Assembly: GCA_965203485.1 (NCBI GenBank)
Contig: OZ241892.1
Span: 3,328,001 to 3,392,000 of the forward strand
Length of the DNA: 64,000 nt
Reading direction: 5' to 3'
Source of the DNA: Longimicrobiales bacterium
Lineage (GTDB): Bacteria > Gemmatimonadota > Gemmatimonadetes > Longimicrobiales > Gaopeijiaceae
In this document: one piece after another, positions 27,774 to 42,298 of the stretch
Layout of the letters: the number at the start of each line of letters is the position of its first letter
Position numbering within the stretch: position 1 is the first letter of the stretch
Position numbers and translations under genes: made by a program
Notes under the pieces: generated by a model
Told to the model about the DNA's origin: nothing
The model's database searches: none
Seen by the model: only the letters and a program-made list of their open reading frames with translations

Positions 27774-30351
27774 ATGAATCGCACAGGTCACGTGGACGTC
27801 CCGGCCGTCTACGAACGTGCGCTCGGATCGGGCGTGCGCCCGTATGAATGGCAGATTGCGCTCGCAACCGACGAATGGCCAAGTGTGCTCGTAGCACCGA
27901 CAGGATCCGGCAAGACGGCCGCCGTAACCCTCGGCTGGGCTGTTCAGCGGCTACGTCGATCTGCGGGTACGCGACGGCGACTCGTGTGGTGCCTTCCGAT
28001 GCGGACGCTCGTGGAACAGACGACGAAGGCAGTTCGGCATTGGTTTGATCAGCTGGCGCCGCTTGACGAGACGAACCGGCTCCCGAGCTGCGAGGATGTC
28101 TACACGCTCATGGGGGGCGCCGACGTCGCCGACTGGGTCGAACGGCCCGAACGGCCTGCGGTGCTCGTGGGCACGCAGGACATGCTCCTGAGCCGGGCAC
28201 TGATGCGTGGCTACGCGTCGTCTCGTGCGCGCTGGCCGATGGAATTCGCACTCTTGCACGAGGATGCCCAATGGGTGTTCGACGAAGTGCAGCTGATGGA
28301 TGCAGGGCGTGCGACATCTGCGCAATTGGAGGCGTTTCGCCAGGCCGAGTCAGCGCGTACGACCGTTGCCGACATTTCGTCGCGCCGACCGTCTCGTAGC
28401 CTGTGGGTCTCCGCGACGCTTGATGCTAGTTGGCTCAAGACCGTCGACCATCCCGAGCCACAGTCCGTCGTCAGGGTCGATCCCTTGGAGGATGATCGAC
28501 TTGCCCGTCTGGCGTGCGCTACCAAGCAGTTGCGTCGTTCGCAGGTAGCACCCGCATCATCGAAGAAAGACGATATCAAGGCCTACATCCGAGATCTCGC
28601 GGAGGCCGTTCTAGGCGCGCACCGCCACGGCCGGATGACGCTGGTCATCGTCAATCGAGTGGATCGGGCGCGGAATCTGCACGAGGCACTCGCGAAAGGG
28701 ATCGGAACGCAGGGCCAGCCCCCGCCGACACTAGCATTGATTCATTCTCGCTTCCGTCCTCTGGACCGCGAGCGAGAGATGGCGAAGGTCACCAACAACT
28801 CCAACCCATGTGGTCGCATCGTTGTCGCTACCCAGGCCATTGAAGCTGGCGTCGACATTTCAGCCGCAGTCTTGTTCACGGAGGTCGCTCCTTGGTCTTC
28901 GATGGTCCAGCGGTTCGGCCGCGCCAACCGGTACGCGGAGCATCCCGAGCCCGACGGAGCAGATGTGTGCTGGATCGACCTGCTACAGGCTATCCACGAC
29001 GGAACGGGATCAGAGAAACACGCAGAGGACTTGGCGGCTCCCTACACCGTTTCGGAACTCGCGTCCGCACGCGAACGCCTTGCAGGCATGACAGACGTGG
29101 CGCCGGTGCGCCTTCCCCCGCCCGACGACCTTGAGCCGCCGCGCCGCGTCATCAGGCGCAAGGACCTCGATGACCTCTTCGACACCGACCCGGACCTCAC
29201 CGGCTTCGATGTCGACGTGTCGGCCTACGTGCGCGACACGGACGACACGGACATCCGCGTCTTTTGGCGCGATCTCTCCGTGGCAGATGACGAACTGCCA
29301 CGCCCCCGAAGGGAAGAGCTGTGCGCGGTGTCCATCGGCGTTGCTCGCGATTGGCTTGGCAAGCTCCGCAAGCAAGAGAGCGGAAACAATCTGGTGTTCC
29401 AGCGCGACCCTCAATGGCGCCGCAACAATGGTGCTTCGACGACCGCGCCGATCGGCTGGAGTCCCTTTCGGGATCAGCCATGGCCGGGACTGGTGTTGCT
29501 CGCCGACTTGAAGGCGGGCGGGTATCTTGACAGTAGCGGATTTACGGGTGATCCGAAGCACGTGCCTAACCCCTTGGCCCCAGATGACTTGGCCCTTCCG
29601 GCTGACGCTGATGGTGGCCCCGGCCCTCTGGCTTCTAGTGCCCCCGCCGAGACAGAAGGGCATGACGAGGACCATATGAGCCAGATTGACGCGGTGGTTT
29701 CGCTCGATGATCACCTCCAGCACGTGATGGCAGAAGTAGGCGGCCTCTGTCGTGGGCTCGACATCGAACCAAGCGTGCGTGCCGTCCTCAATCGCGCCGC
29801 CCGCTGGCACGATGTCGGCAAAGCCCACGACGTCTTCCAAGACACAATGCGCCGTGGCCTCGTAGATCAGGAGGCTGCCTCGGCAACGCTACTTGCAAAA
29901 ACCGTCGGCCGCGCTCGTCACAGTCGACCGTACTTCCGACATGAATTTGCATCCGCGCTCGCGTTCCTCGCCCATGCAGGCTGGTCGCGCGACGCAGATC
30001 TGATCGCCTATCTGATCGCAGCCCACCATGGCAAAGTGCGGATGAACCTGCGGGCATTGCCTCGCGAATCAGCGCCGAAGGATGAGGGGCGTGCCACGGC
30101 GCGCTTCGCTCGCGGCGTCTGGGAGGGAGACGAGTTGCCCCCTCTTGACTTGGAAGGAAACGAGCATTGGAGCGGAGGTCCGCTGTTGTTGTCGATCATG
30201 GAACTCGGCTGGGACGAGATTACCCACGAGAGTTGGACTGAACGCACGAGGGATCTTCTGGAACGATTCGGACCCTTCCATTTGGCTTGGCTGGAAACAG
30301 TCCTGCGTATTGCGGATTGGCGCGCATCTGCAAAGGAACGCGAAGGGAGCT

Positions 30352-30365
<14 letters not shown>
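27774..30365 (+). CDS. cas3: Type I-G Cas3 (helicase followed by C-terminal HD nuclease)
   Basis: APTGSGKT, DEVQ, SAT, HSRF, QRFGRANR; C-terminal WHDVGK, RHE, HHG, ADWRAS. Confidence 0.93.
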
Positions 30366-33685
<3,320 letters not shown>

Positions 33686-33689
33686 TCGG

Positions 33690-35333
33690 GTGTTCGCTTT
33701 TTCCTTTCACTTCCCGGCCGGCCGTTATCATGCGACTCCGTGGGGCCGCAACGTCAACGAAGCCGATGTCGCATGGCCTCCTGAGCCCTGGCGTCTATTA
33801 CGTGCGCTGATCGCGGTCTACAGGCGCAAGGGCAATCGCGAACGTTGGTCCGAGGACCATCTTGGCACGCTCATCCAGAGGCTTGCGGAAAGGCCGCCAG
33901 AATACCGATTGCCAGTCGGAGCCATCCACGCCCACACCCGCCACTATATGCCGAGCGGTCCAAAGACCACGCTGGTCTTCGATGCCTTCCTTAGATTGCC
34001 GATCGACGCAACCTTGGTCGTTTCCTGGCCTCGCGTATCGCTGGAGCCAGAGCTGTTCTCTCTTGCCGCGGACCTCGCCGATGCAGTTGGGTACTTGGGC
34101 CGGGCAGAGAGCTGGACCGAGTGCGAAGCGCATGCAGTGTGGGACGGCCAGTCGAACTGCTGTCCCGCGACCATGGATCTGCAAGGCGATCCGGTACGGC
34201 TGATTGTTCCACTGGGCCAAGATGAATATTCGACGGAGCGAGAGCGCATTATGAGCGAGGTGGAGCGTCAGGTATCTGCGACCGCCAAGCGACCGCTCAC
34301 GAAACGGCAAATCGAAAGCAAGGTCGCCAAGGCATTGATCAGCAAGGGAAGCGGTGCCCATACGTTGCCTGAGCGTCTCGTTGATGCATTGGCACTGGAC
34401 ACGGCCGACTTTCAAGATTGTGGATGGAGCCGCCCGCCAGCATCTCGCGAGATTTTGTATACGCGTGCACCAGAAGTTGTTGCGGGCACGGTTTCTCGTC
34501 GTCGCGTTGGTCGTCGTGCGTCGCGCACGAGACAACAACATCTGCCGACTGTCGCTCGCTTCTTGTTGGCAGGGCGGCCACGTCCCCGCATTGAGGATGC
34601 GGTCACGATTGGCGAGTTGATGCGCCGTGCTGCCCTTTCCCAATTCGGGTGGCGGAAGGAGGAGGCGACGAGACGGTCATTTCCCAACGCTCCACCGGAG
34701 ATTTCCGGGCGCGATGCCGAAGGCAAACCCTTGAAGACCCCGTCGCACGTGCATGCATTCTGGTTACCGGAGGACGCCGACGAGGACGGCAGGATCGACC
34801 ATGTTTCGGTTTTTGTCAGGGGCGGCATGGACGAAGATGTTCAAGCAAAGCTCGGTCGCATCACTCGCCTTTGGCTTGGCGGGGGGCCGCGATCGGAGGA
34901 AGTGGAGGCAGAACCCGGCAACGTGAAGGAATGGCACCTCGCTCTTGAAGGCTTCGGCCAACCGTCGGACTTTGCCGGCGATGCGCGCATCTTCGCCCGA
35001 TCCCGTCGCTGGCGGAGCGTCACGCCGTTCCTTGCGGCCGGGTACTTGAAGGCGGGATACCGCGGGGAAATACATCGTCTGCTGAAGCGGCGCGGAATGG
35101 ACATAGCAGGCGTTGAGGTCAAAGTTCTCGACGACATCTCAGTTGGTGGAACTAAACGGCGCACTTTGCACTATCGACGCTTCCGTTCTCGTGGCCGCGA
35201 GCGGCGCCCAGATTCGGCTGGAGCCCTGCTTGAAGTTGCCTTCCCTGCCGTGAAGGAAGGTCCGTTGGCGATCGGTTACGGGAGCCATTTCGGTCTGGGC
35301 CTCTTCGTCGGAGAGCCGATTGGCGACGATTGA
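33690..35333 (+). CDS. csb2: Type I-G Csb2 (Cas5-Cas6 fusion)
   Basis: GRYHATPW, WPPEPWRLLRAL, YLGRAESW; C-terminal WRSVTPF and Cas6-type G-loop GPLAIGYGSHFGLGLF. Confidence 0.92.
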   Translation: MFAFSFHFPAGRYHATPWGRNVNEADVAWPPEPWRLLRALIAVYRRKGNRERWSEDHLGTLIQRLAERPPEYRLPVGAIHAHTRHYMPSGPKTTLVFDAFLRLPIDATLVVSWPRVSLEPELFSLAADLADAVGYLGRAESWTECEAHAVWDGQSNCCPATMDLQGDPVRLIVPLGQDEYSTERERIMSEVERQVSATAKRPLTKRQIESKVAKALISKGSGAHTLPERLVDALALDTADFQDCGWSRPPASREILYTRAPEVVAGTVSRRRVGRRASRTRQQHLPTVARFLLAGRPRPRIEDAVTIGELMRRAALSQFGWRKEEATRRSFPNAPPEISGRDAEGKPLKTPSHVHAFWLPEDADEDGRIDHVSVFVRGGMDEDVQAKLGRITRLWLGGGPRSEEVEAEPGNVKEWHLALEGFGQPSDFAGDARIFARSRRWRSVTPFLAAGYLKAGYRGEIHRLLKRRGMDIAGVEVKVLDDISVGGTKRRTLHYRRFRSRGRERRPDSAGALLEVAFPAVKEGPLAIGYGSHFGLGLFVGEPIGDD

Positions 35334-35403
35334 TTCCGTGCCCATTATTCCGAGGACCGACTAGCGCCCCACCGCAGGAACCGAAAGCAGGGCCGCCCAT
35401 GGG

Positions 35404-37110
35404 GTGAGACGAGAAGACCAGCTGAGCCTCGCCCTGCCCCCGCTGTCGGCCGACTTCGTCCTTCCGCTGACGCCGGCCCGCATGGTGAACGAATGGGTCT
35501 ACTGCCCTCGGCTGGCGTATTTGGAATGGGTGGAAGGCGAATGGGCGGACAGCGTGGACACGGCCCAGGGGAAGCGGGCTCATGCGGCGGTGGACAAGGG
35601 CGGCGGCGCGTTGCCGGAGCCCGATGCGCTGGACGAGGAGAGGACGCGGGCGAGGTCCGTCATGCTGTCGTCGGAACGGCTGGGCGTGATTGCGAAGATG
35701 GACGTCGTGGAGACGGCCGGCGGCGTGGCCGTTCCGGTGGACTTCAAGAAGGGAAAGCGGCCTCACGTGGCGGCGGGCGCGTACGATCCGGAGCGCGTGC
35801 AGATTTGCGTGCAGGGCATGATTCTCGAGGACAACGGCTACACCGTGAAGGAGGGGGCGCTGTGGTACGCGGGATCGCGGGAGCGAGTTCGGATCGTGTT
35901 GGACGACGAACTCCGGCGCATGACGCTCGAGGCGATTTCGGGTCTTCGGATGGCGGCGTCGGCCCGCCGCCGGCCTCCCCCGCTGGAGAACAGCAGGAAG
36001 TGTCCCAAGTGCTCGTTGGCGGGAATCTGCTTGCCCGACGAGACGAACATGTTCCGCAAGGGCTATCCGCCTCGGCCGCTGAACCCGGCGGACGATCCGG
36101 CGCTCCCGTTGCACGTTCAGGCGCCGGGATCGAAGCTTCGCAAGCGGGGCGACTGCTTGGTGGTGGAGACCGAAGAGGAGTCGGTCGAGGTGCCCATGGT
36201 TCACGTTTCCCAAGTGTCCGTCTACGGCCCCGTGTACGTCACGACGCCGGCTCTTCACGCGTTGATGCGCGCGAAGATTCCGGTCGCTTGGTTCTCGACG
36301 GGCAACTGGTTTCTGGGCCATACGGTCGGCACCGGTCATGGCAACGTCGATGTCCGCCGTGCTCAATACAAGGCGGCCTTCGACCGGCATCGGAGCCTTG
36401 ACTTCGCCCGTTCGCTCGTGACGGCGAAGATTCGCAACTCGTCCACGATGCTGCGTCGGAACTGGCGGCCGGAACGAGGAACGGAAGGCAAGGCGGACGC
36501 GCTGGCGGGGATGAAGCGAGTGGTCCGTCGGGCGCAACATGCAAAGGAACCGCTCGAGCTCCTGGGGATGGAGGGCGAGGCCGCCGCAATCTACTTCGCT
36601 CACTTCGGCCAGATGATCGCGGAGAAGGCATCGGGGCTGGGATTCTCGTTCGAAACGCGGAATCGCCGCCCGCCCACGGATCCGATCAACGCGTTGCTCG
36701 GGTTGGCCTATGCCGTGCTGACGCGGGCGTTCACCGTGGCCGTGTCCACGGTCGGCCTTGATTCCTACTTGGGCCTCTACCACCGGCCCAGGCACGGCCG
36801 TCCTGCGCTCGCCTTGGACCTGATGGAACCGTTTCGGCCCATCGTGGGCGACTCCTGCGTCATTCAAGTCGTCAACAACGGCGAGATCGGCCCCGGCGAC
36901 TTCGTCTTCAACGGTCCGGCCTGCTCCCTCAAGCCCGGCGGCCGCAAGTCGTTCCTTCGGGCGTTCGAGCGGCGGATGGACCAAGAGACAACGCATCCGG
37001 TGTTCGGCTACCGGGTCTCCATGCGCCGGATGATCGAGATACAGGCACGGTTGTTGGCGCGACACCTGCAAGGCGAGGTGTCCCCATATCCCCACTTCCT
37101 TCCGCGGTGA
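35404..37110 (+). CDS. cas1: Cas4-Cas1 fusion
   Basis: YCPRLAY, DFKKG, KCPKCSLAGIC (Cas4); LGMEGEAA, RRPPTDPINALL, LALDLMEPFRP (Cas1). Confidence 0.95.
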   Translation: MRREDQLSLALPPLSADFVLPLTPARMVNEWVYCPRLAYLEWVEGEWADSVDTAQGKRAHAAVDKGGGALPEPDALDEERTRARSVMLSSERLGVIAKMDVVETAGGVAVPVDFKKGKRPHVAAGAYDPERVQICVQGMILEDNGYTVKEGALWYAGSRERVRIVLDDELRRMTLEAISGLRMAASARRRPPPLENSRKCPKCSLAGICLPDETNMFRKGYPPRPLNPADDPALPLHVQAPGSKLRKRGDCLVVETEEESVEVPMVHVSQVSVYGPVYVTTPALHALMRAKIPVAWFSTGNWFLGHTVGTGHGNVDVRRAQYKAAFDRHRSLDFARSLVTAKIRNSSTMLRRNWRPERGTEGKADALAGMKRVVRRAQHAKEPLELLGMEGEAAAIYFAHFGQMIAEKASGLGFSFETRNRRPPTDPINALLGLAYAVLTRAFTVAVSTVGLDSYLGLYHRPRHGRPALALDLMEPFRPIVGDSCVIQVVNNGEIGPGDFVFNGPACSLKPGGRKSFLRAFERRMDQETTHPVFGYRVSMRRMIEIQARLLARHLQGEVSPYPHFLPR

Positions 37111-37119
37111 CGGGCAGAA

Positions 37120-37413
37120 ATGGCCAAGGAGCGTCTGTACATCGTCGCCTACGACATCGCCGACCCGAAGAGATGGCAACGTGTCTTCGGATTGATGAAG
37201 GGCTACGGCTACTGGCTCCAGCTGTCGGTCTTCCAGTGCAGGCTCGCCGGTCGTCGGAGAGCGGAGATGGCGACGCGCCTGAATGAGTTGATAAATTCCG
37301 CCGAAGACCATATTCTGATCATGGACATGGGACCCGCGGACCAGGTGGAGCCACTCGTGGAGAGCCTTGGCAAGAGCTACGAAGCCCCAAAGCGGCAGGC
37401 GACGGTTGTTTAG
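37120..37413 (+). CDS. cas2: Cas2
   Basis: YIVAYDIADPKRW, LQLSVFQC. Confidence 0.95.
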   Translation: MAKERLYIVAYDIADPKRWQRVFGLMKGYGYWLQLSVFQCRLAGRRRAEMATRLNELINSAEDHILIMDMGPADQVEPLVESLGKSYEAPKRQATVV

Positions 37414-37631
37414 GCTCCGCGCCCGCCCGCCTCGGTCGGCGCGACCGCTCGAGTACCGCCCAGGACCCCGCCAGCGGTCGAAAACGTCCGTTTCCCTTAC
37501 CCGGCAACGGCCGCTGATTGACAATACAGGTACAGCAACGCATCGTTACGCGGGCGCAGCGGGCGCACAACAGCCACCGCTCGCAAGTCGTCCCCAAAAT
37601 CGCGGCGCGACACCGACTTGCGGCTAGGTGG
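37414..37631 (+). promoter_or_regulatory. CRISPR leader
   Basis: Non-coding gap between cas2 and repeat 1; TTGACA at 37518-37523; ACCGCTCG twice; GCAAGTCG/CGACTTGC inverted pair near the first repeat. Confidence 0.8.
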
Positions 37632-40600
37632 ACTTCCCCGGCCACCAAGCCGGGGCCTCATTGAAGCGTCCGCGCGCCGCGTGCATTCGACGCCGCGAGT
37701 TCGCGCGACTTCCCCGGCCACCAAGCCGGGGCCTCATTGAAGCGCGTGCGCCCGGTGCGTTTCGCGACGAGCGCGCGTCGAACACTTCCCCGGCCACCAA
37801 GCCGGGGCCTCATTGAAGCGTCCGCACGCCGCCCACCGTCGCGCAATGCGGCTCGCAATAACTTCCCCGGCCACCAAGCCGGGGCCTCATTGAAGCGCCG
37901 GCCATGCCGGTGGCGTCGGCCGCGCGCGCGCGCGACTTCCCCGGCCACCAAGCCGGGGCCTCATTGAAGCGCAGGACGGCGGAGCGACTTGGCACGTGTT
38001 GCCGTTACTTCCCCGGCCACCAAGCCGGGGCCTCATTGAAGCGCGTACTCTTCGCGGACGGTGCCGTCCCACGTGTAGACACTTCCCCGGCCACCAAGCC
38101 GGGGCCTCATTGAAGCGTTGTACCTTACGTCGCGGTCGCTGCCGCGATTCAAGGCACTTCCCCGGCCACCAAGCCGGGGCCTCATTGAAGCACCGAGTTC
38201 CAGTGGGAACAACGCGCCGAGGCGTTCGAACTTCCCCGGCCACCAAGCCGGGGCCTCATTGAAGCGAGGATATGTCCGTGCGGTCCGACGACGCCGCCGA
38301 GGCGGACTTCCCCGGCCACCAAGCCGGGGCCTCATTGAAGCGCTTCGGGCACGACGGCCGGATCGCCGGTCCGCGCGAACACTTCCCCGGCCACCAAGCC
38401 GGGGCCTCATTGAAGCGGCCGGTTGTCGCCGTCCAGCTCGCGGCGCAAGTGGAACACTTCCCCGGCCACCAAGCCGGGGCCTCATTGAAGCATCAGCGCG
38501 CTTGCCAAATGCGCATACGCCGTAAACGACTTCCCCGGCCACCAAGCCGGGGCCTCATTGAAGCGATCCTGCTTTCGCGGCCCGATGTTTCTCACGGAGT
38601 GACTTCCCCGGCCACCAAGCCGGGGCCTCATTGAAGCGAGCCCAGGACATGCGGGAGCGGGCCGAATACTTCACTTCCCCGGCCACCAAGCCGGGGCCTC
38701 ATTGAAGCGGTGCCAAAGATCCCCGAATCGCTAATCCCTTACACAACTTCCCCGGCCACCAAGCCGGGGCCTCATTGAAGCCCCGTCCTGCTCCGTCCAC
38801 AGGCGCAAGTGCTCCCGTACTTCCCCGGCCACCAAGCCGGGGCCTCATTGAAGCTAGCTGGAAGCCGCCCTGCCCTGCCGCCCTGCCCTGCACTTCCCCG
38901 GCCACCAAGCCGGGGCCTCATTGAAGCACCTCCAGCACGTTGCCGGCCTTCGGCGTCGTGGGCACTTCCCCGGCCACCAAGCCGGGGCCTCATTGAAGCG
39001 CGGTGTATGTCAGCAACCGCATGGCGGCCTTCCGGGTCACTTCCCCGGCCACCAAGCCGGGGCCTCATTGAAGCGTTCTTCATCGCGCCGTCATCGCCAA
39101 ACTTCGCTACCGACTTCCCCGGCCACCAAGCCGGGGCCTCATTGAAGCCAAGCGGGGGGATAGCCCTAGCCGCCCATCTTTACGCCCAACTTCCCCGGCC
39201 ACCAAGCCGGGGCCTCATTGAAGCGGAGTTGCCCAGGGCCTTGACCACGGCGTCTCCAAACTTCCCCGGCCACCAAGCCGGGGCCTCATTGAAGCGGGGC
39301 CAAAAAATCCGACACCGGCAGTTTTTCGTCCGCCGACTTCCCCGGCCACCAAGCCGGGGCCTCATTGAAGCGGCTTTCCGGCGGAGTTCAACGGTTTCAT
39401 CAGTAGAACTTCCCCGGCCACCAAGCCGGGGCCTCATTGAAGCTCCACCCCCAGTTCGTGGCACTTGGCCACCACGGTAGACTTCCCCGGCCACCAAGCC
39501 GGGGCCTCATTGAAGCACAGCGTCCCCTTGGCCCCGTGGGCCGTTTGGATGGCGACTTCCCCGGCCACCAAGCCGGGGCCTCATTGAAGCGACACCTATG
39601 CCTTTTTCCTTCAACCAATCACAAAGCACTTCCCCGGCCACCAAGCCGGGGCCTCATTGAAGCCGCAGGAACGTCAATATTTCAGGCCACGTTCCGCTGT
39701 AACTTCCCCGGCCACCAAGCCGGGGCCTCATTGAAGCGTCCGCGTTCCTTAAGCTCCATGGGCGACACTTCGGGTTACTTCCCCGGCCACCAAGCCGGGG
39801 CCTCATTGAAGCTTGTTGAGCTCCGTCACCGTCACCGGCTCCCCGGACTTACTTCCCCGGCCACCAAGCCGGGGCCTCATTGAAGCCCACTTCTACATGC
39901 GCTAGTCTATCGTCGTCACTATCCCACTTCCCCGGCCACCAAGCCGGGGCCTCATTGAAGCCGAATCGCCTAAATCCTTACGTAGCAACGATTTAGGCAC
40001 TTCCCCGGCCACCAAGCCGGGGCCTCATTGAAGCCCCCTCGGCCCCGAAGCACCGGGGCCGGGGCCGAGGGACTTCCCCGGCCACCAAGCCGGGGCCTCA
40101 TTGAAGCGGGAGAGACTGGTTTGGGGTTCCCGAGCCAACACGAACTTCCCCGGCCACCAAGCCGGGGCCTCATTGAAGCGGCATCGGACTTGCACTATCA
40201 CGGGGCACTTGGGCGGACTTCCCCGGCCACCAAGCCGGGGCCTCATTGAAGCGACGGCCCGACCGGGGCTGTCCGTTCCGAAATCGGCCCACTTCCCCGG
40301 CCACCAAGCCGGGGCCTCATTGAAGCTGGTACAAGTACTTGTTTACCGCAAGCGAATCGTTATGACTTCCCCGGCCACCAAGCCGGGGCCTCATTGAAGC
40401 AGGGGAACTCGGGAACATCCGTTTGGGGCCAAAAAATACTTCCCCGGCCACCAAGCCGGGGCCTCATTGAAGCATATCGAGGGTCGATTGCGTTAGGGTT
40501 AATGCTCGCAACTTCCCCGGCCACCAAGCCGGGGCCTCATTGAAGCGGGGGATCCAGGGAACATCCGTTTGGGGTCAAATAATACTTCCCCGGCCACCAA

Positions 40601-42298
40601 GCCGGGGCCTCATTGAAGCCCCGCTTCCGGTACTCTTCCCAGGCCGAACGCTCTTACTTCCCCGGCCACCAAGCCGGGGCCTCATTGAAGCTCGGCCGCC
40701 GGCGTCGGGCGGCGCGTTCGCGGCGCCGGACTTCCCCGGCCACCAAGCCGGGGCCTCATTGAAGCGGCCTCCGTTCGGGCGGGCAATGGCTCCATGGGGG
40801 CACACTTCCCCGGCCACCAAGCCGGGGCCTCATTGAAGCACGATCACGTCGCGGCGCGCCGAGCCCGAGTCGCCAAACTTCCCCGGCCACCAAGCCGGGG
40901 CCTCATTGAAGCGGGCCGCCCCGAAGCCCGAAGAACGCGCGGCGCCGCACTTCCCCGGCCACCAAGCCGGGGCCTCATTGAAGCCCGGATGCGCGGTGTT
41001 CGGCCCAGCGCGCGCGCATCACTTCCCCGGCCACCAAGCCGGGGCCTCATTGAAGCCCTAGGGCTGTGCGCCCGTCCGCGCCGTCCGCGCCCGACTTCCC
41101 CGGCCACCAAGCCGGGGCCTCATTGAAGCTGGCTCATCGGCGGCAAGGACACGGACACCTCTACCCAGACTTCCCCGGCCACCAAGCCGGGGCCTCATTG
41201 AAGCGACCGCGCAGTCGGCGTGACGGGCGCACAGTCGACACTTCCCCGGCCACCAAGCCGGGGCCTCATTGAAGCGACCGCGCAGTCGGCGTGACGGGCG
41301 CACAGTCGACACTTCCCCGGCCACCAAGCCGGGGCCTCATTGAAGCCGGAGGTTCGCCAATGCTGTTGCTAGGCTGTCCATCTTACTTCCCCGGCCACCA
41401 AGCCGGGGCCTCATTGAAGCCCATTTGGTGTGCCCGGTCAGCCATCACTCCAAAAAAGGACTTCCCCGGCCACCAAGCCGGGGCCTCATTGAAGCCGGCC
41501 ATGATTCCTGCCCTGCCAACAGATGCAGATTCGACACTTCCCCGGCCACCAAGCCGGGGCCTCATTGAAGCTCCACTTTTGGTTCTCCAAAAGTGAGCTC
41601 TCGTATGAAACTTCCCCGGCCACCAAGCCGGGGCCTCATTGAAGCGCCTTGGCTTGCCGCAAGCTCGAAAGATTGTTGGCACTTCCCCGGCCACCAAGCC
41701 GGGGCCTCATTGAAGCAAGCGCACCAACCTTCCGTGTATGTGCCATACCCGAACTTCCCCGGCCACCAAGCCGGGGCCTCATTGAAGCGCTATGTTCGTT
41801 CCGGCGTACAAGGTCGAGAGAGTGAACTTCCCCGGCCACCAAGCCGGGGCCTCATTGAAGCCGCTCGACCGGCGCGCCCCGGATCCGCACTGCGCTCGAC
41901 TTCCCCGGCCACCAAGCCGGGGCCTCATTGAAGCGTGGCGCGGCTGGAAAGGGGGGACGAATAATGCAACAACTTCCCCGGCCACCAAGCCGGGGCCTCA
42001 TTGAAGCCCGGGATTGTCGCCTAGGCTATGTCGCGCCGGTAGCTACTTCCCCGGCCACCAAGCCGGGGCCTCATTGAAGCACGGTGTCCCCTTGGCCCCG
42101 TGGGCCGATTTCGGAACTTCCCCGGCCACCAAGCCGGGGCCTCATTGAAGCACGTGGGGCGTAGGTCACTCGTCTTGACATTCTGCCTCACTTCCCCGGC
42201 CACCAAGCCGGGGCCTCATTGAAGCGATCACGCCTTGTAGCTTGTGTACGAGTGAGTCGCGGACTTCCCCGGCCACCAAGCCGGGGCCTCATTGAAGC
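37632..42298 (+). CRISPR. CRISPR array: 64 repeats of 36 bp (ACTTCCCCGGCCACCAAGCCGGGGCCTCATTGAAGC), 63 spacers of 35-41 bp
   Basis: Counted by hand. Repeat has a 7-bp stem CCCCGGC/GCCGGGG and ends in ATTGAAGC, as in type I-G repeats. No degenerate terminal repeat seen. Confidence 0.98.

Noticed and set aside
39517..39554. Spacer 26/61 antisense translation TAHGAKG as a UvrD-like helicase motif
   Set aside because: Too short and frame-ambiguous to assign a target gene.
37628..42250. Many short ORFs with LPRPPSRGLIEA / FPGHQAGASLK repeats
   Set aside because: They are translations of the CRISPR repeat.
37668..42262. Self-targeting spacers within the window
   Set aside because: Only short (about 8-11 nt) matches seen by eye, expected by chance at this GC content; a proper alignment is still needed.
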